Shown here: piece after piece, positions 54,204 to 62,820 of the stretch
How the letters are laid out: each line of letters opens with the position of its first letter
Numbering within the stretch: position 1 is the stretch's first letter
Assembly: GCA_050012735.1 (NCBI GenBank)
Contig: JBEKGP010000004.1
Span: 8,918 to 72,917, forward strand
Direction of reading: 5' to 3'
Length of the DNA stretch: 64,000 bases
DNA from: Candidatus Dormibacteria bacterium
GTDB taxonomy: Bacteria; Chloroflexota; Dormibacteria; Aeolococcales; Aeolococcaceae
The notes under the pieces: model-generated
Told to the model about the DNA's origin: nothing
Database searches by the model: none
Seen by the model: the letters and a program-made list of their open reading frames with translations, nothing else
Program-made: the position numbers and the translations under genes

Positions 54204-55652
54204 CTACTCGGCGGGCCCGATGCGGTGATCCAGCTCCTGCCGGGCGGCGCGCAGCCGATCGAGGCTCTTCTCGGCACCGATGAAGGCCATCGCGTCGAAG
54301 ACGGGGACCCCGGCGGGGGTGCCGAGGATGGCGATGTAGAGCACCCGGAAGCCGTCGCGCGCCTTGACCCCGCGGGCCTCCAGCACGGCGGTGAGCCTTT
54401 CCCTCATGGCCTCGAGGCCGTCCAGGCCTCCCGCCTCCACCTCGGCGACGGCAGCGTCGAGAAGCGCCTGCGCGCTGCCGGCATCCACCTTGCGGGGCGG
54501 GAAGACGACGTCCGGATCCCAGGGGGCGGGCCCGAGCAGCGGCTCGGCCAGCGGCACGGCGTCGCGCAGCGCCACCATCCGCTCGCGGAGCAGCGGCACC
54601 AGCTGGCGGCGGGTCTCCAGGCTGGTCTCGGGCAGGTGGAACTCGAGTGTCGCGACCAGTGCCTCGGGGTCCATCCGGCGGATGTGGAGTCCGTTGAGCG
54701 AGTCCAGGCGGCGGGCGTCGAAGACCGCGGGCGAGGACTGTATCCGCTCCAGGGTGAAGGCGGCGATCAGCTCCTCCCGGCTGAAGACCTCCTGCTCGGT
54801 GCCGCTCGACCAGCCGAGCAACGCCATGGCGTTGATCATCGCCTCGGGCAGGTACCCCTGCTCCGCGTACTCCAGGACGGTCTTCGCCCCGCGCCGCTTG
54901 GAGAGCTTCTGCCGGGCCTCGTCCAGCACCGTGGGCACGTGGCAGAAGACGGGCGGCTCCCAGCCGAGCGCCGCGTAGATGGCGAGGTGCTTGGGGGTCG
55001 AGGGGATCCACTCGTCCGAGCGGATGACGTGGGTGATCTCCATGGCGTGGTCATCGACGACCACCGCCAGGTGGTACGTGGGGAAGCCGTCCGACTTCAG
55101 GAGGACCTGGTCGTCGATGTCGGCGTTCTCGTATCGGATCGTCCCGTGGACGGCGTCGTCCCACTGGGTCACGCCCTCCGGCATGCGCATCCGGAGCACC
55201 GCCGGCATCCCGGCGGCGCGCTCGGCCGCCACCTCATCCTGGCGGGTGAGGCAATGACGGTCGTAACGCGGGGGCTGGTGGAGGCGCTGCTGCTCGAGAC
55301 GCATCTCGGTGAGGCGCTCGGGAGCGCAGGTGCACCAGTAGGCGGCTGCGGCATCGACCAGCCGGCGCGCGTGCTCGGCGTAGAGCTCGAGGCGCAGCGA
55401 TTGAATGTAGGGACCATGCGGGCCGCCCACCTCCGGTCCCTCGTCCCAGGTCAGCTGCAGCCAGTTGAGCGTCTCCAGGATGGCGGCCTCGCTCTCGGGG
55501 ACGTACCGCCCCTGGTCGGTGTCCTCGATGCGGAGCACGAAGCTGCCGCCCGTCGAACGCGCGGCCAGCCAGGCGAAGAGGGCGGTGCGGACGTTGCCGA
55601 GGTGGAGGAATCCGGTCGGCGAGGGGGCGAATCGGGTACGGATGGGCGCCAC
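54204..55652 (-). CDS. gltX: glutamate--tRNA ligase
   Basis: RTRFAPSPTGFLHLGNVRTALF (HIGH region) and KLSKRRG (KMSKS region), at typical bacterial GltX length. Confidence 0.95.
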   Translation of the reverse strand: MAPIRTRFAPSPTGFLHLGNVRTALFAWLAARSTGGSFVLRIEDTDQGRYVPESEAAILETLNWLQLTWDEGPEVGGPHGPYIQSLRLELYAEHARRLVDAAAAYWCTCAPERLTEMRLEQQRLHQPPRYDRHCLTRQDEVAAERAAGMPAVLRMRMPEGVTQWDDAVHGTIRYENADIDDQVLLKSDGFPTYHLAVVVDDHAMEITHVIRSDEWIPSTPKHLAIYAALGWEPPVFCHVPTVLDEARQKLSKRRGAKTVLEYAEQGYLPEAMINAMALLGWSSGTEQEVFSREELIAAFTLERIQSSPAVFDARRLDSLNGLHIRRMDPEALVATLEFHLPETSLETRRQLVPLLRERMVALRDAVPLAEPLLGPAPWDPDVVFPPRKVDAGSAQALLDAAVAEVEAGGLDGLEAMRERLTAVLEARGVKARDGFRVLYIAILGTPAGVPVFDAMAFIGAEKSLDRLRAARQELDHRIGPAE

Positions 55653-55662
55653 CGGACCGGGC

Positions 55663-55893
55663 TCAGCGCTGCGCGAAGAAGTAGACGAAGAGCGCGGTCC
55701 AGATCAGCAGGACGGCAACCAGGATGGCGGCGTCGAGGCCGGAGACCGAGAAACCGACCGGGCGGGGCGACCCACCGCCACGCGGGCGTCCGTCGACCGG
55801 CACGGCACCACTCCGGTCGTCACCCATCCCCCACGCTGGGATCGATCCGGCGGTGACGGGAGGGGTCGGGGGCATCTCGTCGCGGGCGGGCAT
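55663..55893 (-). CDS. candidate small tail-anchored membrane protein (76 aa)
   Basis: It ends 10 nt before gltX. By hand count 65 of 76 codons end in G/C. AGAGG lies 5 nt before the ATG. There is a single C-terminal hydrophobic helix AAILVAVLLIWTALFVYFF. No family recognised. Confidence 0.45.
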   Translation of the reverse strand: MPARDEMPPTPPVTAGSIPAWGMGDDRSGAVPVDGRPRGGGSPRPVGFSVSGLDAAILVAVLLIWTALFVYFFAQR

Positions 55894-55930
55894 GGCACCT
55901 CTGCGTTGGCGGACTGCCGAAACGCATTCG

Positions 55931-55936
55931 AGTATA
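55931..55936 (-). promoter_or_regulatory. candidate -10 element (TATACT) upstream of the small ORF and gltX
   Basis: On the minus strand GGTATACTCGAA lies about 35 nt upstream of ATG 55893, in a locally AT-richer patch. No convincing -35. Confidence 0.3.
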
Positions 55937-55977
55937 CCGGCGCCCGCCGGGCGGGAAGGCTGCCGGGCGGGGCGGGA

Positions 55978-57204
55978 TCAGGGGGCCGCCCCGAGCGTGG
56001 CCGGAACCGAGGTCGGCGGGTTCGGCGTCGCGTTGCGGCCGCCGAGTGCGACGACGGCGGCCAGGGTGGCGGCCGCGATCGCCACGAAGCCGAGCAGGGC
56101 GTTGGGCGAGCTGAGGTTGAGGTCCGGAAGGAACGCGATCGAGAGCACGGCGGCGGCGGCGAGGCTGGGGCCGGGACGCCACCTGGCGGCCAGGGCAAGG
56201 GCGGGGGCGGTGAGGACGAAGTCGGGAGCGAGGACGTGGGGTGAGAACACGAGGGACAGGCACACGAAGAGGGCGATGGCGAGCTCGGGGTTGGCGCGCA
56301 GTCGCACACGAAACCAGAGGCCGGTGGCGATGAGGAGGACGCCCGCGACCCCGAAGGCCACGTAACCCGCGCCGGCGCCCGCCGCCACCCCGACCAAACC
56401 CGGGAGCCCGAAGCTGATCGCGATGTGCTTCGAGCCGGCGCCGATCACCGCGCCCAGCCACGCGCCGGACTGGGAGGAACCGACGAGGGCCACGCTCGCC
56501 GCCACCCAGAGAAGCCCACCGAGAAGGAGACCGAGAAGGACGCGGTATTCCCGGATGATGAGCAGGCCCACCGGGACGAGCCAGAGCGACTGCGGTTTGA
56601 CGACGAGAACGGAGAGGAGCAGGCCGGCGACCCAGGGACGCCGCGGGGCCGCCCACAGGCCGCCGACGAGCGCGAGGGCAAGCAGGGCATCCCACTGGCC
56701 GAGCGCGAGCCCCAGGACGCCGGGGACGGCGGCCACGGCGCAGAGGGTGGGGAACCGGGGGCAGTCGAGGCGGGTGACGAGGACGAGATAGGCGACCGCA
56801 AGCGCCGCCACCGAGATGACGGTGAAGATCAGGAAACCGAGGGCTGGCGGCAGGACCGCCAGCGGCACCAGCACGGCGGCGGCGGGCGGGGGATTGAGGA
56901 AGGCAGCGTAGGCCACCCCCGACGGCAGCATGTCGAGCACCGCCGGGTTGCCCACAGAGGTGGGCAGGGCGTGACCGAGATAGGCGGCCTCGGAGGCCGC
57001 CAGCGGTGCGCCGCAGTAGAGGCACGACGAGCCGCGACTGAGGAGGCGCGCGGCCGCGGCGAACGGGATCCAGTCGACGGTGACCGAGGCGCCGGCCGCC
57101 ATGTTCCACACCCCACGCGCAGCCTGGGCTGCGAGGTCGCCGAGCAGCAGGCAGACGGCGGCCAGGCGCAGCAGGTGCCGGCTCCGCTCGGTGATCAGAG
57201 GCAT
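55978..57204 (-). CDS. GT87/DUF2029-like polytopic membrane protein
   Basis: Polytopic, with the LSVLVVKPQSLWLVPVGLLI motif analogous to LLKPHILWPLPILL in the 42005 gene. The start is placed at MPLITE (ATG 57204). Confidence 0.6.
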   Translation of the reverse strand: MPLITERSRHLLRLAAVCLLLGDLAAQAARGVWNMAAGASVTVDWIPFAAAARLLSRGSSCLYCGAPLAASEAAYLGHALPTSVGNPAVLDMLPSGVAYAAFLNPPPAAAVLVPLAVLPPALGFLIFTVISVAALAVAYLVLVTRLDCPRFPTLCAVAAVPGVLGLALGQWDALLALALVGGLWAAPRRPWVAGLLLSVLVVKPQSLWLVPVGLLIIREYRVLLGLLLGGLLWVAASVALVGSSQSGAWLGAVIGAGSKHIAISFGLPGLVGVAAGAGAGYVAFGVAGVLLIATGLWFRVRLRANPELAIALFVCLSLVFSPHVLAPDFVLTAPALALAARWRPGPSLAAAAVLSIAFLPDLNLSSPNALLGFVAIAAATLAAVVALGGRNATPNPPTSVPATLGAAP

Positions 57205-57283
57205 GAGGGCCCCATCCTGCCAGCAATGCGCCGCGCGTGATGCGGCAAGCGCCGCCTCGGGCCGGCGGATAGACTCGCCGGCC

Positions 57284-58453
57284 ATGGCCTCCCCATTTGC
57301 CGCCGCTCGGAGGAGCGCCACGCGACAGGCCCGCGTGCTGCGCGTCGCCCTTCCCCCCTTCGTCGCCAGCAAGCTGATCGGGCTGCTGGTGCCGATGCTG
57401 ACAACGTGGGTTCGCGGCCCCGGGGCGGGCGTGCCCTCCGGGTCGGCGCTCCTCCAACCCTTCGCCCTCTGGGATGGGGCCTCCTTCGCGGAGATCGCCC
57501 AGGGGGGCTATCCGAGCGGGCCGCTCAACCTGACGGTCGGCGCCGCCGGCCACCTCTGGGCGTACTTCCCCGGCTACCCGCTGCTCGTCCACATCGCCGC
57601 CTTCGTGGTGCCCAACACCATCCTCGCCGGCATCGTGGTGAGCGGCGCCGCAGAGCTGATCGGCCTGCTGTTCCTGGCCAAGCTGATCCTGCTGGAGCGG
57701 GGCGACGAGGCGTCGGCGCGTTTCGCCTGCTGGGCGCTCGCCGTCTTCCCCTACGCGGTCTACCTCACCGCGGTCTTCTCGGAGAGCACCTTCCTCGCCG
57801 CCGCCACCGCCTCGCTCTACTACATGCGGCGCGGCAAGGACGGGCGCGCCTCCATCGCCGCGGCCATCGCCATGCTGGTGCGCGTCACCGGTGTCGCCCT
57901 GATCCCGGCGCTCATCGTCGACCATTTGATCCGCCGGCGCGGCCGGCCTGGACGCGGCCTGATCGCCATTCTCGCTACCCCCCTCGCCCCGCTCCTCTTC
58001 GTGGCCTACGGGTGGCTCGCCACCGGCAACCCGCTCGTCTACCTCCAGGTGGAGCGGTCGGCCTCCTTCAACCGAATCTTCGCCTGGCCGTGGGATGGAG
58101 CGCGAGCCACCTTCCAGTCGTTCGTGGGCGGCGACAACGGGAACAGCTTCGTCTTCGGGATGGAGCTGCTCTTCGGCGTCGCGGGGCTCATCGCAGTCCT
58201 CTGGCTGGCCTGGCACTGGCGGACGGTGGCACCCGCGCTCACGGTCTTCGCCGCGATCGCGTGGCTGATGTCCACCTCCCTCATCTACTGGCTGAGCGTG
58301 CCCCGGTACGAGATGACGGTGGTGCCGATCTACCTCGCCCTTGCGGACATCACCCGGCGCCACCCGCAGTCGCGCCCGGTGCTGATCGCGGTAGCGGCGG
58401 GCTGGATGGGCTTCCTGGCCACCCTGATGGCGACCGGCCAGTTCGTGGCCTGA
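57284..58453 (+). CDS. PIG-V-like (Mannosyl_trans2) membrane mannosyltransferase family protein
   Basis: LWDGASFAEIAQGGY followed by YFPGYPLL resembles the WD..wY..IA..GY signature of the bacterial PIG-V-like family. About 9 TM segments. ATG 57284 is divergent from the previous gene across an 80-nt spacer. Confidence 0.65.
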   Translation: MASPFAAARRSATRQARVLRVALPPFVASKLIGLLVPMLTTWVRGPGAGVPSGSALLQPFALWDGASFAEIAQGGYPSGPLNLTVGAAGHLWAYFPGYPLLVHIAAFVVPNTILAGIVVSGAAELIGLLFLAKLILLERGDEASARFACWALAVFPYAVYLTAVFSESTFLAAATASLYYMRRGKDGRASIAAAIAMLVRVTGVALIPALIVDHLIRRRGRPGRGLIAILATPLAPLLFVAYGWLATGNPLVYLQVERSASFNRIFAWPWDGARATFQSFVGGDNGNSFVFGMELLFGVAGLIAVLWLAWHWRTVAPALTVFAAIAWLMSTSLIYWLSVPRYEMTVVPIYLALADITRRHPQSRPVLIAVAAGWMGFLATLMATGQFVA

Positions 58454-58543
58454 GGTCGGCCGTCGCGGGTGCTGCCGTGGCGGGGTGAGGCGAGCGCGGC
58501 TGAGCCGCGCCGCCGAGGGGCGGCGAGCCCCAGTGAGAAGAAG

Positions 58544-58607
58544 AGGGGTCCCCACGCGGCCTGCCGCGTGGGGAAGGCCCCGCGCCGCCTGCGGCGTGGG
58601 GACCCCT
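58544..58607 (+). other. 64-nt predicted three-way-junction RNA structure (two 10-bp hairpins with identical CCTG loops closed by a 6-bp stem)
   Basis: Outer stem 58544-58549 pairs with 58602-58607. Hairpin 1 is 58550-58573 (CCCCACGCGG-CCTG-CCGCGTGGGG). The linker is AAGG. Hairpin 2 is 58578-58601 (CCCCGCGCCG-CCTG-CGGCGTGGGG) with one G-T pair that would be C-A on the other strand. Confidence 0.5.
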
Positions 58608-58621
58608 ACCATCTCGGCAGC

Positions 58622-58693
58622 GCCCGCATCGTCTAGCGGTCAGGACCTCACCCTTTCAAGGTGGCAACCGGGGTTCGACTCCCCGTGCGGGTA
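58622..58693 (+). tRNA. tRNA-Glu (anticodon TTC)
   Basis: The cloverleaf folds by hand. Acceptor GCCCGCA/TGCGGGT, D-arm GTCTAGCGGTCAGGAC, anticodon stem TCACC/GGTGG with loop CTTTCAA, and T-arm CGGGGTTCGACTCCCCG. It is close to the canonical bacterial tRNA-Glu. CCA is not encoded. Confidence 0.9.
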
Positions 58694-58709
58694 CGGCGCC
58701 GGCAGCGCC

Positions 58710-59375
58710 TCAGCGGCCCCACTCCACGTCACCGGAGAAACCGGCCGGCTTGGGATGCCGCCGGTAGCCGTCGCGCCCCGCTTTGGCCTCGGCGATGGTG
58801 GTGGTCCGGCCGTGGCCGGGCAGCACGATGGTGCCGGCCGGAAGGGGCAGGAGCCGGGCGTCGATCGAGACCAGGATCGTCTCCAGGTCACCGGTGGCGA
58901 AGGTCCGTCCCGGGCCGCCGTTGAAGAGGGTGTCTCCGGTGATCACCGCCCCGCCCACGCGCAGCGAGATGCTGCCCGGGGTGTGGCCGGGGGTGTGGAG
59001 GACATCGATCCGGATGCCTCCGACCCGGAGCTCCTGGCCGTCGGCGAGCCGGCCGTCGATCCGCTCCTCGGGGATGTTGATCTCGGCGTCGCCGACCAGG
59101 ACGGGGGCACCGGTCGCGACGCGGACCGCGTCGTAGGTCTCCCAGTGGTCCAGGTGCCAATGGCTGGCGACCACCGTCTGGACGCCCCCCTCGGCGGCGA
59201 TGGCCTCCAGGAGTGGGCCCTCCTCCAGCGGCATGTCGACCAGGAGGCCGGCATGCGCGGAGGTGTCGCGGACGATGTAGGCGTTGTTGCCGTAGGGGCC
59301 CATGGGACCGACCCGGACGATCCGGACGTCGCCGTCCTCGATGACCTCGACGATGGCTGGCCTGGTCTCGGTCAT
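58710..59375 (-). CDS. MBL-fold metallo-hydrolase (glyoxalase II-like)
   Basis: VASHWHLDHW metal motif, HTPGHTPGS, and ILPGHG. Confidence 0.85.
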   Translation of the reverse strand: MTETRPAIVEVIEDGDVRIVRVGPMGPYGNNAYIVRDTSAHAGLLVDMPLEEGPLLEAIAAEGGVQTVVASHWHLDHWETYDAVRVATGAPVLVGDAEINIPEERIDGRLADGQELRVGGIRIDVLHTPGHTPGSISLRVGGAVITGDTLFNGGPGRTFATGDLETILVSIDARLLPLPAGTIVLPGHGRTTTIAEAKAGRDGYRRHPKPAGFSGDVEWGR

Positions 59376-60055
59376 GGCCGTGCCGCCGGGGAGCGCCGGG
59401 CTCGCGCCCTTCCGGGCGCGGCGGCTGACGACCCGGCCGGGCCGGGAACCGCACGTGACGGAGCGCGGCGCGGAGGCTGCTGGGCGCCCTCGGCGCGCAT
59501 CGCCGCCTTGTGCGCCCGCTTGGCGGCCTGGTACGCGCGACGCTCATCCGCGGTGCTGACGTCGGCGAGGGTGGGGAAATCCGGGGCCACCTCCTCCCAG
59601 CCGGGCGGCTTCACCCCGAAATGGCGAGCGAGGACACCGGTGACGACGCGCGCCTTGAGCTGGCCGAAGCCCGGGAGTGCCGCGAGCCGCCGGTGGAGCT
59701 CCGCCGCCGTGCCGGCCTCCCGCCAGAGACGGGAGGCATCGCCGCCGTACGTCTCCGCGACGATGCGACAGATGCCCTGGGCGCGCTCGGCCATGCTGCG
59801 AGGAAAGCGGTGAATCGCCGGCGGGGTGCGAAAGACGACGGCTAACACCTCAGGGTCGGTGGCGGCCAGGCACCCGGGGTCGAGGGTGCCGAGCCGCTCG
59901 CGCATCCGCAGCGGCCCGAGGAACGCCTGCTCGATGGGGAACTGCTGGTCGAGGCAGAAGCCGATCAGCAGCGCGAGTGGGTTCTCGGCGATCAGGCAGT
60001 TGGCCGCCGGGTCGTCCGTCCATTCCAGGAGGGGCACACGGTCAGGTCTGGGCAT
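59372..60055 (-). CDS. HhH-GPD-type base-excision repair family protein
   Basis: NPLALLIGFCLDQQFPIEQAF and LAALPGFGQLKARVV (helix-hairpin-helix) resemble the actinobacterial HhH-GPD-type protein family. It has a basic Ala/Pro/Arg tail. There is a 4-nt overlap with the MBL gene. Confidence 0.7.
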   Translation of the reverse strand: MPRPDRVPLLEWTDDPAANCLIAENPLALLIGFCLDQQFPIEQAFLGPLRMRERLGTLDPGCLAATDPEVLAVVFRTPPAIHRFPRSMAERAQGICRIVAETYGGDASRLWREAGTAAELHRRLAALPGFGQLKARVVTGVLARHFGVKPPGWEEVAPDFPTLADVSTADERRAYQAAKRAHKAAMRAEGAQQPPRRAPSRAVPGPAGSSAAAPGRARARRSPAARP

Positions 60056-60231
60056 CCCCACTAGCCTACCCGAGGGGCGGACAGATGTCCCCGCCGGGCT
60101 CCCGGGCAACCGACTCGCCAAGGTGGTATCTCGATTCGGTCACGATGGGCGGGACGGGGCCTCGGCGGATGGTAATAACGGGGACACGCCGGCCCACCAG
60201 GTGGCCGCGCTGCGACTTGCACTGCGAGGTC

Positions 60232-61869
60232 ATGGCAATCACGTCTGCGCTGGCGGTCCCCCCGGAGGAGATCGACCGGCGTCGCACCTTCTGGGTGGCC
60301 TGCGCGGGCCTCGCGATCGTCACCGCCGCTCTGATGGTCGCGATCGTCGTGCTGACGCGCGGCACCCTCACGTACATCATCGACGACGCCTACATCCATC
60401 TCTCGATGGCGCGGACCTTCGCGACCACGGGAACCTGGGGGGTGGTTCCCGGAGACTGGGAGTCGGCGGACTCGTCGCCGGGCTGGATCCTGCTCCTGGC
60501 CGCTCTGATCAAGGTCGTGCCGGCGGTGACGGAGTGGCTCCCCTTCATCATCAACGGCCTGGCGGCGCTGGTCGTGGTGTGGCTGGTGACGAGCCGCCAG
60601 GAGCTGGTGGTGCTTCGCCGGGGCAGCAACTCGCCGGTGCGCTACCTGGCGGTGATGCTGCTGCCGAGCGTGCTCTTCCTGCCCGAGCTGATCGTCCTCG
60701 GCATGGAGCACACCGTTCAGACGGCACTGATCCTCGGACTGCTGATCGCCTTCGAATGGCTGATCCGGGACGGTGTCAACGCTCGCCGGGTACTCCTGTA
60801 TGCCCTCTTCAGCCTCCTCGGCGGCGCCATCCGATTCGAGACCCTCTTCCTGAGCACTGGCTGCGCCCTCGCCCTGGTGGTCCCGCCCCTCTGGTCGACA
60901 GCCCGGCTGCGGCGACCCGACCCCGGGCTGTGGCCGCGCATCGGAGCGGCAGCGGCGGGAACAGCGGCGGCCGCGGTCCCGATCGTCGTCATGGGGGTGG
61001 TGGACCTCGCCCACGGCGCCTTCTTCTTTCCCAACTCGATCGTCGAGAAGACCGCCCTGCTGGGACACCAGAGCCTGCTGCAGACGCTGGTGCCGACCTG
61101 GTCGGCGATCAGCTCCAACCTGGGTCTCGACCCCTTCCTGATCGTCCTCCTCGGCTTCGGGATCGTCATGGCGGTTCGGGGCCCGGTGCTGCGGCCCCTC
61201 TGGACGGCCTGGGTCATCGGGACCCTCCTCCACGCCAGCTACGGCCAGTTCGGATGGGACGACCGCTACCAGGCGTACCTGGTGATCGTCGGTATCTGGC
61301 TCACCCTCCGCACGCTCCCGCGGATCGAATGGGCACCGGTCCGCGAGCACCTGGTGCTGGCGCTGGTGCTGGTGCTGGTGGTGTTGCCGGTCGGCAAGTT
61401 CGACTACATGGTCTACGCCCCCGAGTCGGCGCTCATCCAGACCCAGGTGCAGCAGCAGATGGCCGGCTTCCTGGCCCGCTACTACGACGGCCGGACGGTG
61501 ATGGTCAACGACATCGGGCGGGTGACCTGGGAGCACCGGGGCGGCCTCCTCGATGCCTGGGCACTGGCCAGTGTCTCGGTGCTGCGCCTCCAGTACGACG
61601 GCGAGTACAACTCCGCGCACACGACGGTGCTCGCCCGGGAGGACCAGGTGGCTGCCGTGGCCCTCTACTCGCCGACCTTCGACTTCCTGGTCCCCCAGGG
61701 ATACGTCAAGGTGGCGGCCTGGAAGATCGGGGCGGGGGCCAACCAGGACGCCACGGCGGTGATCTTCTATGCGCCGGCGGGAGCGCCGGCCCAGGCGATG
61801 GCGAATGACATGCGCGCCTTCGCGCCGGGCATGGTCCCCGGCTCCGGCGCCGTCACCATCTACGGGTAG
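60232..61869 (+). CDS. large polytopic membrane protein, GT-C-like putative glycosyltransferase
   Basis: About 11 TM segments, an early loop motif IIDDAYIHLSMARTFATTG (the Asp-Asp loop typical of GT-C enzymes), and a roughly 150-aa soluble C-terminal domain. The function is inferred from architecture only. Confidence 0.55.
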   Translation: MAITSALAVPPEEIDRRRTFWVACAGLAIVTAALMVAIVVLTRGTLTYIIDDAYIHLSMARTFATTGTWGVVPGDWESADSSPGWILLLAALIKVVPAVTEWLPFIINGLAALVVVWLVTSRQELVVLRRGSNSPVRYLAVMLLPSVLFLPELIVLGMEHTVQTALILGLLIAFEWLIRDGVNARRVLLYALFSLLGGAIRFETLFLSTGCALALVVPPLWSTARLRRPDPGLWPRIGAAAAGTAAAAVPIVVMGVVDLAHGAFFFPNSIVEKTALLGHQSLLQTLVPTWSAISSNLGLDPFLIVLLGFGIVMAVRGPVLRPLWTAWVIGTLLHASYGQFGWDDRYQAYLVIVGIWLTLRTLPRIEWAPVREHLVLALVLVLVVLPVGKFDYMVYAPESALIQTQVQQQMAGFLARYYDGRTVMVNDIGRVTWEHRGGLLDAWALASVSVLRLQYDGEYNSAHTTVLAREDQVAAVALYSPTFDFLVPQGYVKVAAWKIGAGANQDATAVIFYAPAGAPAQAMANDMRAFAPGMVPGSGAVTIYG

Positions 61870-61905
61870 CCGCCTCCCGCACTCCGCGTCGGCCCCGAAA
61901 AGCGC

Positions 61906-62790
61906 GTGGATGCCAGAATGGCCGGCGTGCGCGAGTACCTGGTCGACTGCGGCACCCAGCACCTCTCGGTGCGCGAACACCCGGGCGGCAGCCCGCCCAT
62001 CCTCGCCCTCCACGGGCTGGCGAGCAACGCCCGCTGGTGGGACCTGGTGGCGGCGCGGCTCAGCCCCCGGTGGCGGGTGCTGGCTCCGGATCTGCGCGGC
62101 CACGGCCGCTCGGACCGGCCCGAGACGGGCTATTCCTTCGCGGAAGTGGTCGAGGACCTGCGCGGCCTTTGCGATGCGGCGGGCCTGGAGCGAGTGATCG
62201 TGGCCGGCCACAGCTGGGGGGCGTCGGTCGCTCTCTGGTTCGCGGCCGCCCTCCCCGAACGGGTCCTCGGCTGCGTCTGTGTCGACGGCGGCGCCGGATC
62301 GATGCGGGAGCACCTCCCGACCTGGGCCGAGGCCGAGGAGCGCCTCCGCCCGCCCCGGATCTCGGGGCTCACCGATGACGCGGTGCGGGAGTGGGCCAAT
62401 AGCGGGCCGCTCGCGAAGGGCGGGGATCCCGCGGTGGCCGCGGAGATCCTGCTCGGCAACTTCGAGGCGGTGGGGGACGGCACGGTGCGGCCCCGGTTGC
62501 CGATGACCCAGCACATGGAGATCGCCCGTCACCTGTACGAGCTGGACTCCTTTGACCTGATGTCGAGGCTCGAGTGTCCGGTGCTCTTCGTGCCGGCCCT
62601 CGGCGGCCCCTGGCCCACCGAGGAGAAGGCACGGGCCCTGCAGCGGGCCCAGGATGTGCTCGGCTCGCGCGCGCAGGTGGCGTGGGTGGACGGTGGGCAC
62701 GATCTTCCGGTGCAACGGCCCGCCGAGGTGGCCAAGGCGATATCGGGCTTCGCGGAGCGGATCACCGGGGGTCAGGGCGCCCACGTGTAG
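61906..62790 (+). CDS. alpha/beta hydrolase
   Basis: ILALHGLASNARWW, DLRGHGRSD, and nucleophile elbow GHSWGA. The C-terminal His context is GGHDLP. Confidence 0.85.
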   Translation: MDARMAGVREYLVDCGTQHLSVREHPGGSPPILALHGLASNARWWDLVAARLSPRWRVLAPDLRGHGRSDRPETGYSFAEVVEDLRGLCDAAGLERVIVAGHSWGASVALWFAAALPERVLGCVCVDGGAGSMREHLPTWAEAEERLRPPRISGLTDDAVREWANSGPLAKGGDPAVAAEILLGNFEAVGDGTVRPRLPMTQHMEIARHLYELDSFDLMSRLECPVLFVPALGGPWPTEEKARALQRAQDVLGSRAQVAWVDGGHDLPVQRPAEVAKAISGFAERITGGQGAHV

Positions 62791-62820
62791 CGCCAGCGCC
62801 TGACGGTGGCGCGTCAGGGG

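Noticed and set aside
55820-58612. A 930-aa minus-strand ORF. Similar giants occur at 60061-62784 (minus), 21486-23435 (minus) and 35303-36919 (plus).
   Set aside because: All are Arg/Pro/Gly-rich, lack any domain signature, and overlap genes on the other strand or in another frame that have strong family motifs. I treat them as GC-driven open frames.
58622-58693. tRNA-Glu as an integration site flanking a genomic island.
   Set aside because: There is no integrase, no direct repeat of the tRNA 3' end that I could find nearby, and no compositional break. The flanking genes are ordinary housekeeping or envelope genes.
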